This document shows positions 60,047-64,000 of a DNA stretch of 64,000 nt, in pieces. A program made the translations under genes and the position numbers. The number at the start of each line of letters is the position of its first letter. The first letter of the stretch is position 1. The stretch spans positions 104,576-168,575 of the forward strand of contig JAVBLT010000007.1 of the NCBI GenBank assembly GCA_031553315.1, read 5' to 3'. This DNA comes from Kiritimatiellia bacterium (GTDB lineage Bacteria; Verrucomicrobiota; Kiritimatiellia; RFP12; DVOR01). The notes under the pieces were generated by a model. It was not told where the DNA came from and made no database searches. It saw only the letters and a list, made by a program, of their open reading frames with translations.

Positions 60047-60841
60047 ATGACCAAAATCGCCATCCTCGGAGCCGGAGGCCGCATGGGCCGCATGCTCCTC
60101 GCCTGCGCCGCCGGGCTCCCCGTTGAAATCGTCGCCGCCACCGAAATCCCCGGTTCCCCCCTCCTCGGCCAACCCGTCGGCCCCGTCACCGGCCTCGACC
60201 TGCCCAAAGACCTCGCCTTCACAGCCCAATGGCCCGAAGAAGCCCGGGTGATTATCGACTTCACCTTCCACACCGCCGTCGCCGGCAACATGGCCCAGGC
60301 CGCCGCCCGCCGCCAGGCCTACGTCCTGGGCACCACCGGCCTCACCCCCGAAGAGCAAGCCGCCGTTGACGCCGCCGCCCAAACGATCGCCATCCTCCAG
60401 GCCCCCAACATGAGCCTGGGCGTCAACCTCCTCTTCGAGCTCGTCCGCCGCGCCGCCGCCGTTCTCGACGACAGCTACGACACCGAAATCACCGAAATGC
60501 ACCACCGCCATAAGAAAGACGCCCCCAGCGGCACCGCCCTCGGCCTCGCCGAAGCCTGGGCCGACGGCCGCCGCGTCTCCCTCGCCGAGACCGCCGTCTA
60601 CGGCCGCCACGGCATCACCGGCGAGCGCCCCCTCGGCGAAATCGGCATCCACGCCCTCCGCGGCGGCTCCGTCGTCGGCGACCACACCGTCATCTTCGCC
60701 GCCGACGAGGAACGCCTTGAGCTCACCCACAAAGCCTCCAGCCGCGCCGCCTTCGCCAAAGGCGCCCTCAAAGCCGCCCTCTGGCTCCCCGCCCAAAAGC
60801 CCGGCGTCTACACCATGCGCCACGTCCTGGGCTTCGCCTGA
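60047..60841 (+). CDS. dapB: 4-hydroxy-tetrahydrodipicolinate reductase
   Basis: N-terminal NAD(P)-binding KIAILGAGGRMGR; EITEMHHRHKKDAPSGTA catalytic block; 264 aa. Confidence 0.9.
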   Translation: MTKIAILGAGGRMGRMLLACAAGLPVEIVAATEIPGSPLLGQPVGPVTGLDLPKDLAFTAQWPEEARVIIDFTFHTAVAGNMAQAAARRQAYVLGTTGLTPEEQAAVDAAAQTIAILQAPNMSLGVNLLFELVRRAAAVLDDSYDTEITEMHHRHKKDAPSGTALGLAEAWADGRRVSLAETAVYGRHGITGERPLGEIGIHALRGGSVVGDHTVIFAADEERLELTHKASSRAAFAKGALKAALWLPAQKPGVYTMRHVLGFA

Positions 60842-60900
60842 AAACAGACCCGCGATTTGACCCTCCGGTTTCCCCCGCCGCGAAAACGGGCGATTTTCGA

Positions 60901-60929
60901 TTGACTTTTCGGAGCCAACCCCGTATAAT
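60901..60929 (+). promoter_or_regulatory. consensus-like sigma70 promoter upstream of nusA-infB
   Basis: TTGACT (60901-60906), exact 17-nt spacer, TATAAT (60924-60929). Confidence 0.6.
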
Positions 60930-60955
60930 ACGCCCCGTTTTACATTTCATAAGGG

Positions 60956-60988
60956 AAAAAGAGTGGGACATTCCTGCTCTTTTTTATT
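60956..60988 (+). promoter_or_regulatory. hairpin + U-tract in the nusA 5' leader (possible attenuator)
   Basis: AAAAAGAG (60956-60963) / CTCTTTTT (60977-60984) dyad, 13-nt loop, followed by TTATT; lies between promoter and nusA RBS (aaggcagg). Confidence 0.35.
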
Positions 60989-61023
60989 GAACGAAAGCAA
61001 TTTACCGGGAAAGGCAGGTAAAA

Positions 61024-62280
61024 ATGAGCAACGAATTGGTGTCCATTATCAGTTACCTCGAGCGGGACCGCGGCGTTAACCGCGAAGTCATCATCCAGGC
61101 AATTGAAACAGCCATTCAGCAGGCCGCCCGGAAGAACCTCAACACCTCCAACGATTTCAAAGTAACCATCGACCGCAAGAATTTCCGCATCAGCGCCCAC
61201 GACATCTACGCCGTTTCCGACGAAGAGCACGGCCCCGGCATCCTCACCGTGCGCCAGGCCCGCCGCTACGACCCCACTGTGAAAGAAGGCGACACCGTGC
61301 GCGTGCCCATGCAGCCCGAAGCCCTCGGCCGCATCGCCGCCCAGACCGCCAAGCAGACCATCCTCCAGAAAATCCGCGAAGCCGAGCGCAAAAACGTCTT
61401 CGAAGAATACAAAGACCGCGTGGGCGACATCGTCACCGGCACCGTCAAGCTCATCGCCCACCGCGACCTCATCGTGGAGCTGGGCAAGACCGAAGCCATG
61501 CTCCCCGCCAAAGAGCGCATCCCCACCGAAGAATACAACGTGGGCGACTGCGTGCGGGCCTACGTGCAGCGCGTGCAGAACAACACCTCCGGCCCCGCCA
61601 TCCAGCTCTCCCGCGCCTGCCCCGAATTTGTGAAAGCCCTCTTCCGCCTTGAAGTGTCGGAAATCGCCGACGGCATTGTCGAAGTGATGGGCGTTTCGCG
61701 CGACCCGGGCTTCCGCGCCAAAATCGCCGTGAAAACCCTCGACCCGATGGTCGACCCCGTCGGAGCCTGCGTGGGGATGCGCGGAGCCCGCGTCCGCAAC
61801 ATCGTCCGCGAGCTCAACGGCGAAAAGATCGACATCGTCCGCTGGAACCCCGACATCCGCATTTACCTGGCCCAGGCCCTCGCGCCCGCCAAGCTCGAAA
61901 CCATCGAAGTCGACGAACGCAACCACGCCGTCCACGCCACCGTGGCGCCCGACCAGCTCTCGCTGGCCATCGGCAAACGCGGCCAAAACGTCCGCCTCGC
62001 CACCCGCCTCACCGGCTGGCGCGTGTCCATCGACAAAAGCGCCGAAGACGAATCCTTCGCCCAACAGCGCGAATCCGTGGAGCAGAGCCTCGTCGACCTG
62101 CTCGACATCACCCCCCGCCAGGCCGCCGTTCTCGTTGAAAACGGCTTCCTGACCCCCGAAGGCATCGTCGCCAGCGAAATGAGCTACCTCCAGGAAGTCA
62201 CCGGCCTTGGCGAAGACGAAACGAAATTGATTTGGCTGACAGCGCAGGAAATTGTCACATCAGGAGAGGACGGCGAATAA
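61024..62280 (+). CDS. nusA: transcription termination/antitermination factor NusA
   Basis: NusA N-terminal domain, S1 (GDIVTGTVK), two KH domains ([10 protein letters not shown]), C-terminal acidic region; 418 aa. Confidence 0.9.
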   Translation: MSNELVSIISYLERDRGVNREVIIQAIETAIQQAARKNLNTSNDFKVTIDRKNFRISAHDIYAVSDEEHGPGILTVRQARRYDPTVKEGDTVRVPMQPEALGRIAAQTAKQTILQKIREAERKNVFEEYKDRVGDIVTGTVKLIAHRDLIVELGKTEAMLPAKERIPTEEYNVGDCVRAYVQRVQNNTSGPAIQLSRACPEFVKALFRLEVSEIADGIVEVMGVSRDPGFRAKIAVKTLDPMVDPVGACVGMRGARVRNIVRELNGEKIDIVRWNPDIRIYLAQALAPAKLETIEVDERNHAVHATVAPDQLSLAIGKRGQNVRLATRLTGWRVSIDKSAEDESFAQQRESVEQSLVDLLDITPRQAAVLVENGFLTPEGIVASEMSYLQEVTGLGEDETKLIWLTAQEIVTSGEDGE

Positions 62281-62282
62281 GC

Positions 62283-64000
62283 ATGAGAGTTACAGACCTG
62301 GCAAAAACAATGAACATCCCCGCCGCCGCGGTCCTCAAAAAGGCCCAGGCACTCGGCATCGAAGCCTACTCCACCCTCTCCGCGATCGACGCCGACGATC
62401 TGCCGCAGCTTAAAAGCGCCCTCGAAACAATGAGCGCCCAGGAAGCCGCCGCACCCTCCGAAGCCGCCGCCCAAAAGCGCGAAAAGGAAGCCGCCCTCGC
62501 CAGACAGGCCGCCGAAAGCAACCGCGCCGCCCTGGACGAAAGCCGCGCCCGCGCCCAGGCCGCCGAAGCCGGCACCCGCAGCGAAAGCGCCCCCGGCCCC
62601 GCCCCTGCGCCCGCCGCGCCGGCCCCCGAACCCGAACCCGCCCCCGCCCCCGTCGCAGTCCAAACGCCCGCGCCCGCCCCCGAACCCGCCCCCGAGCCCG
62701 TTATTGCCGAGGAGCCCCCCAAAGCCGAACCCGCCCCCGCCCCCAAAGCACCCGCAAAACCCGCCAAACCCGGCAAACCCGCTTACTACACCGAGGGCGA
62801 CGAAGAAGACGAACCCCAGGACAAATACGCCGCCATCAGCGTCCACGGAGCCAAAGACCGCGACCGCGCCCCCACCAAACCCCACGGCGCCGCCCGCGAC
62901 CGCGACGGCCGCCCCCAGCAGCAGCCCGGCCGCAACGGCGCCCGCCCCGGCCAGCACCCCGGCCCAAGACCCCCCTTCAACGCCCCCGCCGCCCCCGCCC
63001 CCTCCGCCGCCCAGACCATCCAGCTCCGCGGCCCCGCGACCGTGAAAGAGCTCGCCGAGTACATGGATGTGCGCCCCAACAAACTCATCGCAGACCTCAT
63101 GCAGTTCAACATCCTCGCCTCCATCAACCAGCGCCTCGAGCTGCCCATCGCCGAAAAAATCGCCCGGAAATACGGCTTCGAAATCGAGCTGGAAAAGGCC
63201 AAACGCTCCACCGAGCGCCGCCCCGTCCTCCGCAGCGAAGACGCCGACGACGATATCCCCGACGACACCCCCGAGACCATGGAGCTCCGCCCCCCCGTCG
63301 TCACCTTCCTCGGCCACGTCGACCACGGCAAAACCTCGCTCATGGACTATGTGCGCAAAGCCAAAGTCGCCGCCGGCGAAGCAGGCGGCATCACCCAGCA
63401 CATCGGCGCCTATACGGTCGACATACAGGGCCGCAAAATCACCTTCATCGACACCCCCGGCCACGCCGCCTTCTCCGCCATGCGCGCCCGCGGCGCCAAC
63501 CTGACCGACATCGCCGTCATCGTCGTCGCCGCCGACGACGGCGTCATGCCCCAGACCCGCGAAGCCATCGGCCACGCCCGCCAGGCCGGCGTGCAGATCC
63601 TCGTCGCCATCAACAAATGCGACAAACCCGAAGCCAAGCCCGACCGCGTCCGCCAGATGCTCCAGGGCGAAGGCCTCACCCCCGAAGAATGGGGCGGCGA
63701 CATCGTCTGCTGCGAAGTCAGCGCCCTCACCGGCATGGGCATCGACAACATGCTCGAAATGATCCTCCTCCAGGCCGACGTGCTCGAGCTCACCGCCAAC
63801 CCCAACCGCCGCGCCGACGGCGCCGTAATCGAAGCCCAGCTCGAACAAGGCCTCGGCCCCACCGCCACCCTCCTCGTGACCGGAGGCACCCTCAACATCG
63901 GCGACATCGTCTTCTGCGACAAATACTTCGGCAAAATCCGCGCCCTGATCGACGAACGCGGCCGCCGCGTGAAATCCGCCGGCCCCTCCATCGCCGTAAA
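62283..64000 (+). CDS. infB: translation initiation factor IF-2, 5' portion (runs off window end)
   Basis: ATG 2 nt after nusA stop; Ala/Pro-rich N-terminal linker then G-domain [30 protein letters not shown]; open frame to window end (not in ORF track because no stop). Confidence 0.9.
   Translation, partial: MRVTDLAKTMNIPAAAVLKKAQALGIEAYSTLSAIDADDLPQLKSALETMSAQEAAAPSEAAAQKREKEAALARQAAESNRAALDESRARAQAAEAGTRSESAPGPAPAPAAPAPEPEPAPAPVAVQTPAPAPEPAPEPVIAEEPPKAEPAPAPKAPAKPAKPGKPAYYTEGDEEDEPQDKYAAISVHGAKDRDRAPTKPHGAARDRDGRPQQQPGRNGARPGQHPGPRPPFNAPAAPAPSAAQTIQLRGPATVKELAEYMDVRPNKLIADLMQFNILASINQRLELPIAEKIARKYGFEIELEKAKRSTERRPVLRSEDADDDIPDDTPETMELRPPVVTFLGHVDHGKTSLMDYVRKAKVAAGEAGGITQHIGAYTVDIQGRKITFIDTPGHAAFSAMRARGANLTDIAVIVVAADDGVMPQTREAIGHARQAGVQILVAINKCDKPEAKPDRVRQMLQGEGLTPEEWGGDIVCCEVSALTGMGIDNMLEMILLQADVLELTANPNRRADGAVIEAQLEQGLGPTATLLVTGGTLNIGDIVFCDKYFGKIRALIDERGRRVKSAGPSIAV

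Overview
The window is a 64-kb stretch of a high-GC (about 68-70%) bacterial chromosome with dense, mostly co-directional coding. Many short overlaps between genes suggest translational coupling. Gene content suggests a member of the PVC superphylum (Verrucomicrobiota, Kiritimatiellota or Lentisphaerota): PEP-CTERM proteins, PPi-dependent phosphofructokinase, a tricorn-like protease, giant beta-helix surface proteins and CBM32/NPCBM-bearing glycosidases. This assignment is tentative.

I support 46 protein-coding genes from recognisable conserved motifs. Housekeeping genes: lepA, an aminotransferase, prmC, lipA, hisD-recJ-rnc-(RNA methyltransferase)-purN, panD, a biotin carboxyltransferase, pfp, an MsbA-like ABC exporter, maf, lpdA, folK, cysE, fused metX-metW, dapA-dapB, nusA and the 5' end of infB. 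Accessory content: an SNF2 helicase, an NfeD/stomatin pair, a DinJ/YafQ toxin-antitoxin module, an atypical ABC importer next to a 1477-aa secreted protein of three tandem beta-helix modules, a 1396-aa surface protein with a discoidin domain, a two-domain carbohydrate esterase, two PEP-CTERM proteins, and an M60-like peptidase coupled to a GH31 glycosidase.

I found no rRNA, tRNA, CRISPR array, transposase or integrase. I identified several sigma70-like promoters and strong intrinsic terminators.

In this GC range almost every antisense or alternate frame is open for hundreds of codons. The many long shadow ORFs in the supplied track were therefore rejected unless they carry recognisable conserved motifs.
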